DNA of 61,392 nucleotides, the filler included, from Hausera hauseri (taxonomy: Eukaryota), in assembly GCA_046269625.1 (NCBI GenBank). It is 7 parts of 7 records of this genome, joined end to end, with 100 filler letters (N's around TTAATTAATTAA, not from the genome) between each part and the next. Parts side by side here need not be neighbours in the genome. Positions count along the whole stretch, not along the records: positions 12,450 to 33,660 come from JBJURY010066660.1; positions 33,761 to 42,186 come from JBJURY010646552.1; positions 42,287 to 48,078 come from JBJURY010188748.1; 4 more parts are not named here. The stretch is one strand, 5' to 3'. The notes below the pieces were generated by a model, which saw only the letters and a list, made by a program, of their open reading frames with translations, ran no database searches and was not told the DNA's origin. Positions 32,693 through 47,156 of this stretch are shown piece by piece; positions within the stretch are counted from its first letter, which is position 1, and every line of letters starts with the position of its first letter. The position numbers were made by a program, and so were the translations under genes.

Positions 32693-34683
32693 CTTTTTGC
32701 AGAAGTTCGATGATTCAAGCCGAGCTCGGTTCGAACTCGAACTTTTTTCTAGTTTTCGAGTTTGTCATAATATACATAACAGAATATGTAATTGTGAAAA
32801 ATTACACAAAAGGCGTGTCCGTATATTTCGTATATTCATTATTGGAATAAAAAACGCCTAACTGATTGGACAGATTAGTATGAGCCATTATAAACTTTTG
32901 ACCTTAATGCTAAAAGATATTTTTATACGCTTAATGAATTTTGGATGATTAATTTGACATTAATGTCATTTCAAATTTTGACTACAAACTATTCAGTGGA
33001 AACTAATTTGTTTTTATGGGCAAATTAATATTTTTCAAATGGCACTCGGCAATGATTTCAGTTATTACGTAAACTCTCTTAAAAGTTTCCTATTTGACTT
33101 ATAACCAAACTGAGATATCCACCAAACCGCCCGTTCCTGAGTTTTCAGTTAATCTCCAGAACCATACTGTGTATCATTAGATATTCGGCAGTCGGTCAAA
33201 TTCCGATAAACGAACAATCGATTCTTTTGACTCATCAATCAGTCATTAAACATCTACACGATAATAAACTGAAAACTGCACATGTAAATACACTGTTGAA
33301 CTTAACACAAACAGTACAGTCTAATTGAGAAAAGAAAATAATACCAATAATAAACTTACTTAATTATGTGATTGATCTTATTTATTGCAACAACTTAAAC
33401 TGTTATGACACTTTGAATTGCACAAGAGTCCCTTGCTTTTACAACTGCATTTATTTGTGGAACGCTTCCTTTTGTAATGTATATCCTTGCTCCCCACTTC
33501 TCGAATTAGCTGCAGCTTCTTCTCTCAGCGACATTTCTTGAGAAGAAATCTCATCTATGGAAAGTAACTTTTCTTTACAAATTATGAACTGATTACGAGT
33601 ATAAAGCTGCTTGAGGATAAGTTTTTGTTTGCTAATTTATAAAATTCGGAGTCTTTTATTNNNNNNNNNNNNNNNNNNNNNNNNNNNNNNNNNNNNNNNN
33701 NNNNTTAATTAATTAANNNNNNNNNNNNNNNNNNNNNNNNNNNNNNNNNNNNNNNNNNNNTCCTAGACACCACTGGAACAACAGGATTGCTCAACGCCAC
33801 TACTCCAGAGTCCTTATTAGGACTACAGCCCTTATCAGGGCTCACCCAGAAGAGCTTTCGCTCTGTGATGTGGAGATCAAACAAGAACAAGACCAAGTAA
33901 AATATTGAGAAAATGACATCAACTTGATACTGTATCAATGAAATTTTATGGGTAATTTCCTCGTAAAGTGGCAGTTGCATTGTCTTGACCGGAGTTAGAG
34001 ATGCCGTGTGGAAGCCCGCGACTAATGGCAGGCCTATTTACTGATAATTCATGATCAATTAAGATCTTTGCACAAGTACAGGTCATGATTCTAGGGAGAC
34101 GAAAGCGAAATCTACAGATCAGCAGGTGAAGGATCTGAATGATCCACAGCGGAGTGGTGACTCATTTTTGGGAGACCGAAAATTGCACTAGCAACCAGAT
34201 GCACTTAGTCCTTCATCGTAGATAATCACCGGCACAGCCGGAAAGCGTTGCTTCCTACCTCCAAATAGTCCTTTTCAGCATTTAAACATCCTTTTTCTCG
34301 GTGGTCATTTGGAAAACCTAATCACCTGGTAATGCTGAGATCAGAACAAATACCTTGGCATACAATGGAAATGTCGACGGTTTCAGTATGAAACAGTGTT
34401 GTCAAAATGTTTCACTAATATGCCTTTCAAAACGTATTTGACTGTAATTTCAGACTGTTTCAGAATGTCATTAGATGGTAAGTGCACAAAGAATGCTTCC
34501 ATTTGACAGATTGAATCCATGGAATCTGGTCTAATTAAAACTAATTATGTAAACGATCAGGTGTTACTTCAAACAATGTATAAAGTAGGAAAGACACAGG
34601 ACATTCATAAAATAGTAAAACTTTAGTATTTTTAATGGACGAATTAAACATTGATAAAAACATCAAAGGGAAAAAGTAAACAT

Positions 34684-34850
34684 NNNNNNNNNNNNNNNNN
34701 NNNNNNNNNNNNNNNNNNNNNNNNNNNNNNNNNNNNNNNNNNNNNNNNNNNNNNNNNNNNNNNNNNNNNNNNNNNNNNNNNNNNNNNNNNNNNNNNNNNN
34801 NNNNNNNNNNNNNNNNNNNNNNNNNNNNNNNNNNNNNNNNNNNNNNNNNN
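34684..34850. other. Scaffold gap
   Basis: Run of N without the spacer motif. Confidence 0.95.
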
Positions 34851-35219
34851 NATACGGAGCTTCTATTGAAAAGCACCTTTACAACAGTGAATCCTATTTC
34901 TTAACTTCTTATCCCAAGACAAATTCACAGCTGACAGCATCTTTTTGTTGCAGTGCTCCTCCATATCTCGCCACGCCGTTTGCGTACTCCTGTGGGGTCC
35001 ATTGTAATACTATTCTAATATATCCCTCCTAACACCTCCTTCAATTTTTTTTTGCCAGCAGACTATAAAACTTCACTTCATTTGAGTATGGTCTCGAATA
35101 TTTATATGCGCGATGCTGTTCATAAAAATAATAAACAATGTTCACGAAATGTATATCATGAGTTTGTGTTGTGTTGCAGTGTCGCTTTATTCTCTTGGCA
35201 TTTTTTTTAACGACAACTG

Positions 35220-36700
35220 CTAAAAGTTCCTTGATGACCACATTCTCGCAGGTGGCACGATTTGTAAGTCTGAGAAATTGAAGTCTTCAAATGTTGGGGT
35301 AAAGTGTTTTACATCATTAAAACTCCTCATTCTTTCCACCGTAACATTGTTCAAATCCTTCACTGCTGTTATTCTGAAACATTCACCTTGATTCACACTC
35401 TGAATTTCATTTTCACTAGAGTATTCATTACCTGTTTCAGGACATTGCTGGGAATGATTATCGTGTTCTTCCTGGTTTTTACTGTACCTGGAATTCTCGT
35501 CCCAAACGGTTGTTCCAACCCACTCCTTAAAATCAGAGAAAATAGATTTCTTCGTGGTGCCAGTCACTTTAGAACTACAAGTTTGGGTGTTTGTCAAAGG
35601 CAGTGTGCGAACAGACTGAGTTAGTTCTAATTCAGCAAAACTGTTATCATCAAGAAGAGGTGAAGCCTGAATTATATTCAAGCTGGGCTGTGATGTACTG
35701 GAATAATGATCTTGATGCACATTTCTTGCTAAACGGCCATCGTTATTTGATGATGTGAATGAAAGGACATGCGGATTACGATTTTTTTCATTCCATAAAT
35801 CTGGTGATGTCTCTTCTGCAGTCGATTGCTTATTTGACGTGTCTGTATTTTGCTGAAAGAAAGAGGACTGTGCATGTGAAAAAACATCTGGAACATTTGT
35901 CTCATTAAACATGTACGCCTGTCTCGAATTTTCTTTCTCCGTATTTATGTTTACATTTTCATGATTCTTGTTAGTATGAAAGAGAGGCCATATATTTTCT
36001 TCATTTCCTCCAGTCTTTTCTGGGCTTTGTTGAGTGAAGCCGTTATCATCTATGGAGCATGCCTCTGTTACTCCCGAGAACTCTGTACCTTTCACTGAAT
36101 GTACATTATGAAAGTTATACAAGAATGGAAAATCATATTCATTTTTACTGTCATGTATTTCAGCGTAAAAACAACAGTCTTCGTGTGATACTGCATCGTC
36201 GTTTGAGCTTTCAGGTAAAATTTCCATACCCGAATTCGAAGTTATGTTGTTTTGAAACTGAGAATAAAAACCGTGGTGTGAGTCGGAAATTATGCAACCG
36301 GAATTTGAATACCTTTGGAAACTCTTTAGTTTGTGAGAATCATCATTGCCGCTTGTTGATCTAGACCATGTTATAAAGTCTTGTGACGGTGAAAGTGTGT
36401 GAACTGTTTCGAACTGCTGACGGCAGACATACCCACATCCTTGTTCATGTATCATGCTAATATAATTACTTTCACAGTTCGGAGAACTATCTGACAGTCT
36501 ATGAAGTGATGTATGATTGATCTTATCTCCAAATGCACCACTTGTATTAACGAAGGTATTATTGGTCACTGGTCCTAGAAAATCTTCATTCCTGTCTTTT
36601 AACAGTGAAGAAGCATAGATTTGCCAGCGTGGAATAAATTCTTTTGCATTTGGGTTCAGTTTGAATCTGCTTAGACGTGTCTCAGCTAACCTCGGATTTT
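35220..36700 (-). CDS. Large, probably terminal exon of a host gene encoding a PAM2-motif, low-complexity Ser/Asn-rich protein
   Basis: About 490 open codons after the acceptor ctctttcttttttctccag (36701-36719). 'SRFKLNPNAKEFIPR' fits the PAM2 (PABP-interacting) consensus. Confidence 0.6.
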
Positions 36701-39199
36701 CTGGAGAAAAAAGAAAGAGAGTAAAAAATCTTTTATTAATGTTTATAATTTTGTGATAATAAAGAATAGCATGTAAATATACACAAAGAAGTCGATAGTA
36801 TTTTGATATTCTCTGTTTGCAAAAGAAGGGCAATAAGACCTAATTTAGTTTTCTTAAAGGACCATGTCATCAATGCACAACGAATGTTTTCCATCAAAAG
36901 CCTGATGACCATGCAAAGATCTAAATCTCCGTTCAGTGTACGAATTCCGTAAAGTTTAAATTTCACTTTCGACTATTCTACCTTGCGGTTAAAGGCTGGT
37001 TTTGGAATACTATTTATTGCCTTTAAAAAGCACAACAGCATTACCCATGTCTCGAACACCTTTAACAATTCGGGACATTTAGTTGATGTAGCTTAATGAT
37101 GATATTTTATTGTAATCAAATGGCACACAAAATGGTGATGTGGTTTATATCACGCCTGATCGCATTTAGTAGAATGATTATGAACTAAAATTTTCTGCCT
37201 TGCAGACAAAATATACTTAAAACAATTACTAAAAATATATTTTTCAATATCGTCATTTCTATCATTTTTATAACTAACATACAAAATAAATATAACAGCA
37301 ATAATACACATGAGCTAATTATTTGTCTCAGAAAAAACAATGTTTGGAGTTATAATAACATCCATATTTATTTGTATTTTGTCGTTTCTACGTTGTTCTT
37401 TTCAGAGTCGTGACTTAAATTTCCTTCTGCCATTGGCTTCCAGGAATTTCTTTGTAAGGGATTTAGATTGTTTTTTATTCTTCTGTCAAGCCTCTTTCAC
37501 TCAGTCTACCAAGCCTTCTCTTAGTCCACCTTTTGTTCCAAACTCGTATGTTCTTCTGTAGAAATTAGGATGTGGTATTTAGTCTGGAAGCATTCTATCA
37601 AGATGGTCAATCAACTGTATCTTTTATTTTTTCCCACTATTCTCCAAATATGATCTTCTCCCAACCTTATCTCTGTACAGTTATTTAGTATACTAAAACG
37701 TGCTTTTGCTATATTTCTTATAGTCTAGTATCCATGTTTGATTGGATACATGTGATACGAAAGTCTGTCAATATCAAAAGAGAAAGATGCCTGAAAATGA
37801 ATGCAGGCCGTTGGGCCTCGTACAAGGATATTTTTTCAATATGAGACCTCTTGCCTTATGATGCCCAGTATGTATAAGCTCTATTCACTGTCTTCTCGGA
37901 AAAAAAAAAACAGCAATGAAATTAAGGAAGGAAGGAATTTATACTTAGAACAATTGCATTAAAAATGTTCATGTTATACTGTGCTTACCAAAGTGGGGAC
38001 AACAGTTTTCACACAGCAAGCCATTTATATTTGAAAACAAGTCAATGTGTAAGGCAGCCTCAGTTGACAGTGCCATCATATCCTGCTTTTTTTTTACCCC
38101 AATACAGAGTTCACTAAAAGATAGAAATGAAACTTGTTACAATAATACAATCTAAATACTAAAACAGTATTTTAAAAAATAAGTGAATATCTCTTTTCCA
38201 AGCCCAACAAAAATGTCAAAAAACAGCTTGATATTATGGTAAAATTATGATCGTAACAGTGCCATTTGTTTGTTCTTGTAAACAATGCAACCGAGTGATG
38301 AATTCTTATGAAAACGTCCCAAAAGGAATATTCTGGTTCAGACATGAGATTATGGAAAATGTACAGAATTACCTTAAAGGGCAGACTGAGAATCTCCATT
38401 CAGTAGTGTAATGCGTGAAGTGATCCATCACTCTGCTTTGGAACATCTCCATACACTTCCCAATTGACCGGAAGGTTTATCTAAATGTGCCGATTTTTCG
38501 AAAATGAAAAATACTTAAACATGACAGTAGCTATTCACTTTCTTCCTTGTACTTCGTGAAAACGCGCCTACGAAATGGTTTTCTTTCTTGTTTACTGCCA
38601 TTTATGTTGAAGCCGTAGACATGATATGCATATTAATTATGTGTGACACTTTTTTAATTTTGGAAATGGCGTGGATAGTTTATTAAAAGGCTTTTCTCGT
38701 GCGAAGTTTGAAACATAATAATTTCTTGTATCATTATCATCAGGTGCCACGCTGTGAAGCGTATGTCGTCATAGATCACCATTTCTCACGATTCCTGGTG
38801 TCCCCAATCATCTCTGACTTCCTTCCGAGACAATTACGCAATACATTCAGAAACGTTACCCTCTGTGGTTCACTACTTCTATTTAGTGTTGTTTTGTATG
38901 TGGTAGCTACAGAAGGGACACTAAAACCTTGTTGCAAGCAGTACATTTTTAACATAACCCCATACATCCGATGAGAGCAAAATTTGGAGACCTGGCCAGT
39001 GGACGACTGAAACGAAGTAGTTTTATTCATCGATCTAAAAGGTTAATAAGAATGTACAGCAATGAACTACCAAGTACATCCACACCATAAATGCAAAAAC
39101 CAAAAGCATAGTAGCAACCTCTTAATATCAGTGTTAACAACACTACTATAAAAGATTACCATACCAGGGAACATATAAATGGCTGCAGAAATTAACTAC

Positions 39200-39985
39200 T
39201 GCCTACAGCATGATTAATGAGAAGTTCCCATCCGAGTCTTTGATTCATGTCTATACAGATGGCTCAGGCGAATACTAAGGTACACGGAGTAATTGAAACC
39301 TCTCAGTCTCCTACTGGAGCATACAGTTCTAACAACGCTGCTGAGGTACACACCCTTCAGAAAGCAGCCTGAAATAATTAACCGATCAAATAACACGTGT
39401 CATCAGGTAGTGTTCTTCAGTTACGCACTTTCAGTCCTGCAAGCACTTGAAAATGATAAACAGCTAGAGCTCTGTAAGAACTTACTCAAAGTCAGTGACA
39501 GCAGAAGAACCGTACTCCAAACGATTCTATCACACTGTGACATCCCCGGAAAGGAGAAGTCGGGTAGTCCAGCGAGAGGGCGGCGAAATCGGAGCAAACA
39601 GAATCTACAGTCAGTTACAGTGAAATGAGACGCCTCGTGAAAGCAATGAGGAAAACATCTCAGCCAAAATTAAACATGCATCTTCTTGACCGAGCATACC
39701 AGTGACAATGCTTTGATTCAGAACTGGTCACAGCCGCCTAATTAACCACACGCACAAATTAAAACTGGCACCACATACCAAATGTCCATGTGGTCCGAGA
39801 GACCAAACAACTGAACACGGTCAGCAGCAATGCCCTCTGTTCAACCAAGAGCGTAATGAGCACTGGACGACAGTGACTCAATCACATACAAAACTGTATA
39901 TGAATATTAAGGATCATTCAAACCTCATATCATATAAAAAGGACAAGACTATTGGTGCTGACATCACTGCGTTCGAAAGAAATAA
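39200..39985 (+). mobile_element. Decayed non-LTR retrotransposon 3' end (RNase H + C-terminal Zn motif; I/Nimb/ingi-like)
   Basis: Frameshifted motifs 'HVYTDGS', 'AEVH', 'VVFFSYALSVLQAL', 'SHCDIPGKE', then 'RTGHSRL..H..KCPCGPRDQTTEH...CP'. Confidence 0.75.
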
Positions 39986-42286
39986 AGTAGTATTTTGCCT
40001 GTGGTGATCAAGTTCTCTAGACCTTCTCTTCTTAAAATATGACCAATCATAGAAGTTTGTCTTTTTCTGATCTTACTGATAAGCGTCCTTTCTGTGTCTA
40101 CTTCGTGTAAAACATCTTCATGTGTTCTCTTTGCTGACCATTGGATATTTTTCTGAGTAACAACGAATGTTTTTTTTTTAAAGAATTTCCATTTTTTTTT
40201 TCATGTTAGGCCGTGCAAAGCAGCGCGCCACTGGACCAGACTCCTCCGCACTGGTATCTACTGTTGCGCCCCTCGCTCGCCACGGGCCCGCGATATACTT
40301 TTCTGTCAACATCGACACACTTATTTTACTATGCCGATTATTAAAATTGTAAACATCTGAATAACGATTCACTTTCTTCCTACTATTTCCATGAAAACGG
40401 TACTACCAAATGATTTTTTTCTTCGTTATTTACAATTATTCGTGACACATTTGTTGTAAATTCCTTTTAAGCTTGAGATGTCAGAAAGCCTCTAAAGGAT
40501 AGATGTCGTGAGTAAATGAACTTTTGATCATTTGAATTAACACTTCATTTGATCGTTGTTATTAGTTCTGTAACTATTTGCAAGGGCGTCATAAAACCGA
40601 CTTCTTTTCGACGTTAGAATGTTTGCTAGCGGTATGAGAAGGAGCTTGTTATCAGTGAAATTTACTTGTTATGTTAATCTTGGACTTCAGACAATTAATT
40701 TTTCCTGTAAAATTATCATTGCTGTTGTTGTTGACAATCATCGTATTTCGCTGCACCCGTTTTTTGACTGCACGAAGCCAGTAGTGTTCCAATGCATAAC
40801 ATGATTGGACAACATTCTCTAGCAGTTTGAACAGGCCTACTCCCATTAGGATTATGCGAATCGGGCCCTTTGGTAAAGAAAGTACCTAATGTACAGTTTT
40901 CCATTTGTTCAAAGCCCAAGACAAGCTTCGCATAGCGAGGTTGTTACTTAAAGGAATCATGTACAAATATTCCTCGTAAGCTATAACATAGATATTAGTT
41001 AAGTGTGTAAGGGATATTTTAGTCTCATTGTTCTTTCCTTTTTTTTTTTTGTTACAAAATTTATATTCCTGCAATATCGGCTCAACATTTTCTCTGGTCT
41101 GAGAATGGTAATAAACAGAGGTAGTCGATGATGCGACTGCGAAAATCAAATGTTCCCTATTCAGAATGTTCCCCTTGTAACTCAAAATTACTGTAGATTG
41201 TATAGAGTCATGTGTGAAATGATTATTCAGACAGTAATAAATTGTATACTTACGTTCCCAAGTATTGCTCACTGAAACAACTTCTTTAGAAGGCCATTTA
41301 AAGTCTCCATTGCCAACATTAATTGACACAGTTACAATAATTAAATAACCAACCGAAAATTCTGAGTAAAGAATATTCTTAAATTTTATACTTTCGCTTT
41401 ACAGCAAATTGTGACTTCTTCATAAAAAATAATGATTCCATACGGAAGGCGAATATGGAGTGGGTGAAGTTAGTGTCCGCATTTTGTCCTTGATCTCCAA
41501 CACATATTTTAGTTAGATTGTCAATATGAAGTCATGTGGACTTAATTTTGCAGAGAATTTATCCGTGTTCCATTTTTTTATGGCTGACTTGGGTCGAGGA
41601 GCCATTTGTTTAAAACAAATAATGAATCTGCTGGGAGTCGAACCCACGAAATTGGCATCGTCAAACGAGGGAAACATTCATAGATCGTATTATTTTTCAA
41701 AATATGAGCAGTTTGAATACCTCTTCTTCAATACAAACAAGTAGTTAACTTGAAAGTAGAATTAATATTAGTTTACTACATGTTTAACATGCTATTAACA
41801 TTTTCAAAGTTTATCATACTTACAGTAATCTGAGAAACTGTTGACGAAGACTTGAGCTCGTTTCCAGAATCGGTGAAAACACGAACAAAATATCTGTATT
41901 CCGATGCTGTCCAATTACACAACACAAGTTACGGATCCCTCAATGCCTCAAGAACAAATGAAAACTGTACTACACGTCGTACTATTTAACCTGAATCTTT
42001 GGACAACTGGAAACAAATGAGAGGGTATTAATACTAACTTTCAATATGGTCATCTTGTTACGTCATAGGGGTAGCCACATTGAGGTAACCATATTGAACT
42101 AACACCTCCCACGTAAAATATTCTAGAAGCTTATCGAAGAAGTTCCCTTATTGAAAGACAGGTACACCCAATTAAATTGCAACATTNNNNNNNNNNNNNN
42201 NNNNNNNNNNNNNNNNNNNNNNNNNNNNNNTTAATTAATTAANNNNNNNNNNNNNNNNNNNNNNNNNNNNNNNNNNNNNNNNNNNN

Positions 42287-44620
42287 TGCAAAGGCGAAGC
42301 CCATGGTGATTTGGATCGTCGAATAATGCCCGCCTTTTCGAGTTCATTGAACTCTGATTCAACAGCTTTTCGTCTGCAAGGTGAAAGTGGCCTTACCTTT
42401 TGTCTAATAGGTCTTTGGTGTTCGGTGACTATGTGGTGATATGTTGCAGAGTGCGGTTTAAAATTGATATCCTTATTAATAATACGGGAACAAGAAGTCT
42501 TAATGTAGGATCTGAGATCAGAACCCAACGATAAGAATGACGATGGCATATCATTATAAGAGTCAGTTGCTGTAACCGATGCAGAAGGACTAAATGCTTC
42601 ATTAACGACATTTGGTTCAGCCGATTGTTTCAGGATTGATCTATTCCCACTTGACGAGATTGAAAATATTGATGAAACGTTAAACATGTTGTTGTCCACC
42701 GATGAACAGTATGTCACTTTGACATTTGAATGATCTTAGGAAGACAAAGTGTCTGACTGGTCGCTTGGTGAGTATTTTTTAGAATTTGCAGTGAAGTTTC
42801 TGCGCAGGAGGCATTTATGCTTGTAATCGACTAAGAAGTCGTATGCAGCCAAGAAATCGGAGACTATTATGGGCGATCTGATGTTGGCTATGTGAATGTT
42901 CCAGAAAAATTTCCCTGGTAGGTTGGAGAATGTGAAGGTCAATTTTGTGGTACCTACAATGTTTAAAGTTTGACCACAGGCAGTAAAGAGTGGAGAAGAG
43001 AAAACTGTTAGATGTAGGAGCGCAAGACAAAGGAAGAAATAAAAAAGCAGCTCCTGAATCGATAAGTAAATCTGTGTGATGTCTCTCCAAATAAGAGACG
43101 AGCTTTCAACAGAAATACTGCAGAGGCGGTGTTGAAACGGCCAGAAGATTAAATGATATTGCCTGTACCAGAATGTGCCGTGGCATCTTGTTGCATTATT
43201 GGTTTTTTGAGACTTGTTGGTAGAAAGAGGAGGAATGGTGAGTGCGCGGAGGCGAAGAAGATGGAGAACTAGAATTCCTTTTATAATGTTTACACCCTGG
43301 CACGCATGACCTAGCCTTGGACTGGTACTTTGCGTGATAAATGCAGATTGGATTGTCTACGGCATATCGTGCATCGTAGAATCGACAGCCTAAAACACAT
43401 TTCCTTGCATCTCTTCGGAATTTGTTGTGATAAAAGCACGTCATTTTACCATCTCTAGATTTAGAACGAGAAGAGTGCGTAGAAAAACTGCGATTGCGAG
43501 AAATACGATTTTCGCCTCCTCGAGGCACGGATAAGTCATTGAGTTGGGCTGTGATCGCAGAAATTGCTTGTTGGAGGGTATAGAATTGTTTCTGCATCAT
43601 GTTCAATTGTTGTGCAAATAAAGTGTTGCCTGGCAGTGTGTGAGCAGTTGCTGCGGCTACTGGCTGCGAGTTATTGGATAGCAGAATATCAAAGCTTCTG
43701 TCTGCCAGTAAGGCGAGATTTTCGAGGGCAATAGGGTCATCTACTACAGTAAGCAAAGCTCGAATGGAGGTTGGCAGAGACGAAAGAAAATACCGACGAA
43801 GAAGATCGGCATTGTTTATAGGAATCACGCCTAAAGAGCTCAGCTGTGAGATGGCAGTTTTAAGGAAATTTGATGGTTTTTGATTTCCAATGGCGTGGTC
43901 GTTGAAATACTTCTGGATTATGCTGTCGATGGAAGGGTCGGTGATATGTAGAACCGATTCGTACAGCATATCATACGGGCTTGAAGAGGAGAGTATGTCA
44001 GCCAAATTACTTATCTGTTGTTTAATGTTGGCTGGGAGTAAAAGCAGCAAACTGTTAGCGCGCAGAAAAAAATCCGTAATATGATTAGCTTTAAGCCACT
44101 GCAAATGAACCTGCAGCCAGGTACGACTGGAATTCGTCTTGTCTAGAAAGAAATCCGTGCATAGGAGATTGGGACATGTGCTTGGTGTAGGGTCGACAGG
44201 ACGACGAACAGAACTGGTCTTTGTGGTGCTTTCAATATAAGAAGGATCGGGGTCCGATCCACTCCGTAAACGAAAATGAAGCACTATACAGGTGTATGAG
44301 CGTTCGTGGCGTACGAAAGACAAAAGGGAGTCTGAAGGATGTACTATAAACCCATTATATGTTAAATAAAAATCAGGAAAGCTATGTGATAAGGACAAAG
44401 CTTCATATAAGACCTGTGCTATCTCGTTGAGTGGTGCTTGTAGGGTTGTAATGTGCTGATTGTGACAGGAGATAATAAAAGGTAATTGTGATGAGGTTAT
44501 CTCAAAAGAACGGTGTAATGCACGAGGGCTTTGTGATGTTTGTGATGAAGAAGTATACAAAGATGTTAAATTTGGAAATCCCTTAAAATGAAAAGTGGTC
44601 TGGGCCAAGGAGGTATGCAA
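42287..44620 (-). mobile_element. CsRn1/Kabuki-like Gypsy element 5' part (intact UBL-gag ORF, decayed PR and RT start)
   Basis: Gag ORF 43196-44620 homologous to the contig-2 gag; AAAAAAC at 43202-43208; PR 'LLIDSGAA'; RT start 'IRRSKSPWASPL'. Confidence 0.88.
43196..44620 (-). CDS. Gag with N-terminal ubiquitin-like domain and two CHCC knuckles
   Basis: 474 aa; 'IVLHFRLRSG'; 'KPSNFL..LLRRYFLSSLPTSIRALL..LALLAD'; CFYH-x9-C-x3-C and CIYH-x9-C-x3-C. Confidence 0.85.
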   Translation of the reverse strand: MHTSLAQTTFHFKGFPNLTSLYTSSSQTSQSPRALHRSFEITSSQLPFIISCHNQHITTLQAPLNEIAQVLYEALSLSHSFPDFYLTYNGFIVHPSDSLLSFVRHERSYTCIVLHFRLRSGSDPDPSYIESTTKTSSVRRPVDPTPSTCPNLLCTDFFLDKTNSSRTWLQVHLQWLKANHITDFFLRANSLLLLLPANIKQQISNLADILSSSSPYDMLYESVLHITDPSIDSIIQKYFNDHAIGNQKPSNFLKTAISQLSSLGVIPINNADLLRRYFLSSLPTSIRALLTVVDDPIALENLALLADRSFDILLSNNSQPVAAATAHTLPGNTLFAQQLNMMQKQFYTLQQAISAITAQLNDLSVPRGGENRISRNRSFSTHSSRSKSRDGKMTCFYHNKFRRDARKCVLGCRFYDARYAVDNPICIYHAKYQSKARSCVPGCKHYKRNSSSPSSSPPRTHHSSSFYQQVSKNQ

Positions 44621-44669
44621 ATGCGGGGAAAATGGTCACACTGGTGGGCCCGAATCAATGAGAGAAATC

Positions 44670-47017
44670 TCACCCACTTACGTTTGAATATCGCAATCCC
44701 GAATGTCGAAATAGGCCATTGAGGTGTTTTCCCCACTGGATTGTCCTTATTGACGCCGGTCTCGTCGACTCCTCTCGAATGTTTGTTACCGAGAGACTGA
44801 AAGAAGATATTGTGAAGAATCGTTCCTTCATTTTCCATTTCATCAACGGATTCCAGATTGTCACACCGTTATCAGTGTTTATCTTTAAATCCAACGGTAA
44901 TGAAAACGGATTCTGAACAACAATCATTTTGTGTTTATTGGCATGATATTTATAATAAAGAAAAGAATTTTCCCTTTTTACGCATGATTGTCGAATTGAA
45001 AAGGTAAATGTTTCTAATACAACCCATGAACATTCTTGCTTTAAGCCCGTTTCCAAGTATGAAGCTTATTATTGAAAATAAAATTACGGATGATAAACTA
45101 ACAGTTTCCGTGGACAGTTTGAACTTTCCGAATAGTTCGTTTTCGGCCTTACATTCTTCAAGGCATTTATCACCGAAACAGCCGAATTTATAGAGACGTT
45201 TAAAACCACATAAAAAGGGAATACACTGCAATTGACCGTGCGGACAGCAAAGATTGGAATTGAAATGATTGAGGGGTATTGAACAGAGCGGTCCGCCAAT
45301 CCAATCGAGGTTACATTCACATTTGAAACCGCATAAGATATTAATGCATTTTTCATAGGATAGACAAGGAGTATGTACGTCACACTCGATCACGTCTTGA
45401 TCAAAGGACGTACCGGAAAATCCCGTGGAACATTCGCAAACGCTCATGTCAGTGTTTGTCGTGCCACACAGACCGCCATTATGGCACATATGATTATAAC
45501 AATGAGTTTTGAGATGAAAATTTTTGCCTTTGAAACCCGAAAAACATTCGCAATAGATTGTCATTTGAATTGGGGAATAGGTATAAATGAAACAATCAAA
45601 ATCAGTATGAATAACTGTTCGACATATTCCTTGATCGGAACAGGAATCTTTATTGCATAAGTCGCATGTAATCCTGAAAATTTTGGATCCCAAAACCAGT
45701 GACGTTTTGTGATTATTTAAAAGATCGAAAAGAAATTCATTTTCACGCCACAATGATATATATCCATTCTCCGAATTTATTCCCACAGACAATATACCAA
45801 TATTTTTATCTTTGAGATTTTTCAAGTACGTATAAATTTTGGGCTCTCTTTTTAAACTCTTTTCAAACAATTCGCCATCTATAATAGACGAATTGAGATA
45901 AAAAGTCGAACTAACAATTTCGCATTGTTCATCATGATGTGCTACTCGTGAGACGGCAAACTAATTTCTGTCGTTTCGTTTTGTTGATTCTAAGATGAAA
46001 CTGATTGGATCAACGGCCAATTTTGTTTTACTAAGGGGCAGTAACAAATAATATCGAATGCATGAAAAAGGAGAAGGCATGATTGTAATGGTTCCAGCTG
46101 AAATTTCTAGCGGATACGAACATTTAATATAATATCGGGAATACTTATCAATAATGATCATAATGTGATTGATAAAATCTTTCAGGCAATTTTGTAATTG
46201 GATAGGTGACACCTTTTGCCTTGCGTATAATCAATGTAAATTTGATAGCCGATGAACCAGGACGATTGCTGTCAAATACAGCCCACGAGTGAGTGTCATT
46301 CCACAATAAATTAACGAATCCTAAATTCTTCGGACGCATAGTGAAATATGCAGTTTGATAAATGCGACTAGAATCATGATCTATGTACTTTGGTAAAAGA
46401 ATCCGAGTTTCGAAAGATGATATTTTTATGATGTAGTTCGGATGCAAAAAATACGGGTCATTATCGTCGACATCATCAATGTTAATAATGATTTTAACAT
46501 TATCCGATCGACTGGGTGAATCTGAATCGCATACCACAATCGTCAAGTGATGAATTTTCTTCAATTCATAATCAAGTCTCGACTTTAATTTTAAAGCGTA
46601 TTCGTTGAAATTAATTAAAAAATTCAGAGAGAACTTTGATTCGGACAATGGCATCAAAATCGTTATGACAAATCTGGAGATTCCCGCATCTTCATCCGTT
46701 GCTTTACAACGAAAAATTACGGTGTCAACCGATGTATTTTCAGTTGGATTGGTGCACTGAATAAATGTATTCAATTGTTTTGTTTCACAGGCTTTGACGG
46801 TTAGAGTATGACAGAAATTGATAGATCCAGACGGTATGGTTGAGGTAGTCGTTATTAGACCTGTGCTGTCGTTCATAGCGAGAACAGATGTATCATTTCC
46901 TTGAATTATAGAGAATGAAACGTCATGATAAACACATTTTTTATATAATTCCAATGTTAAAACGACAGTCTTAACAGAACTCAATAGATGGGGAATTTTT
47001 GTAAATGTGAATGTCAT
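44670..47017 (-). pseudogene. Frameshifted cadherin/EGF-repeat transmembrane protein (Fat- or classical-cadherin-like, C-terminal part)
   Basis: Cadherin motifs ATDEDAG, LDYE, IDDVDDNDPYF; EGF repeats (CHNGGLC..CECSTGFSG, CECNLDWIGGPLC); TM-like 'SSVILFSIISFILG'. Split over several frames with no visible introns. Confidence 0.75.
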
Positions 47018-47156
47018 TTCTTCTTGATTACTTCTGACACCAGTTTATGGGTTGTTTGGTTAGCGGATCGAATAGACAGAATGAAGTAAATCAACAATTA
47101 CGTTAAACAACAATAGAGAACGATTTATTTTTTTTTAATTTCAAGAAATCAATTTT

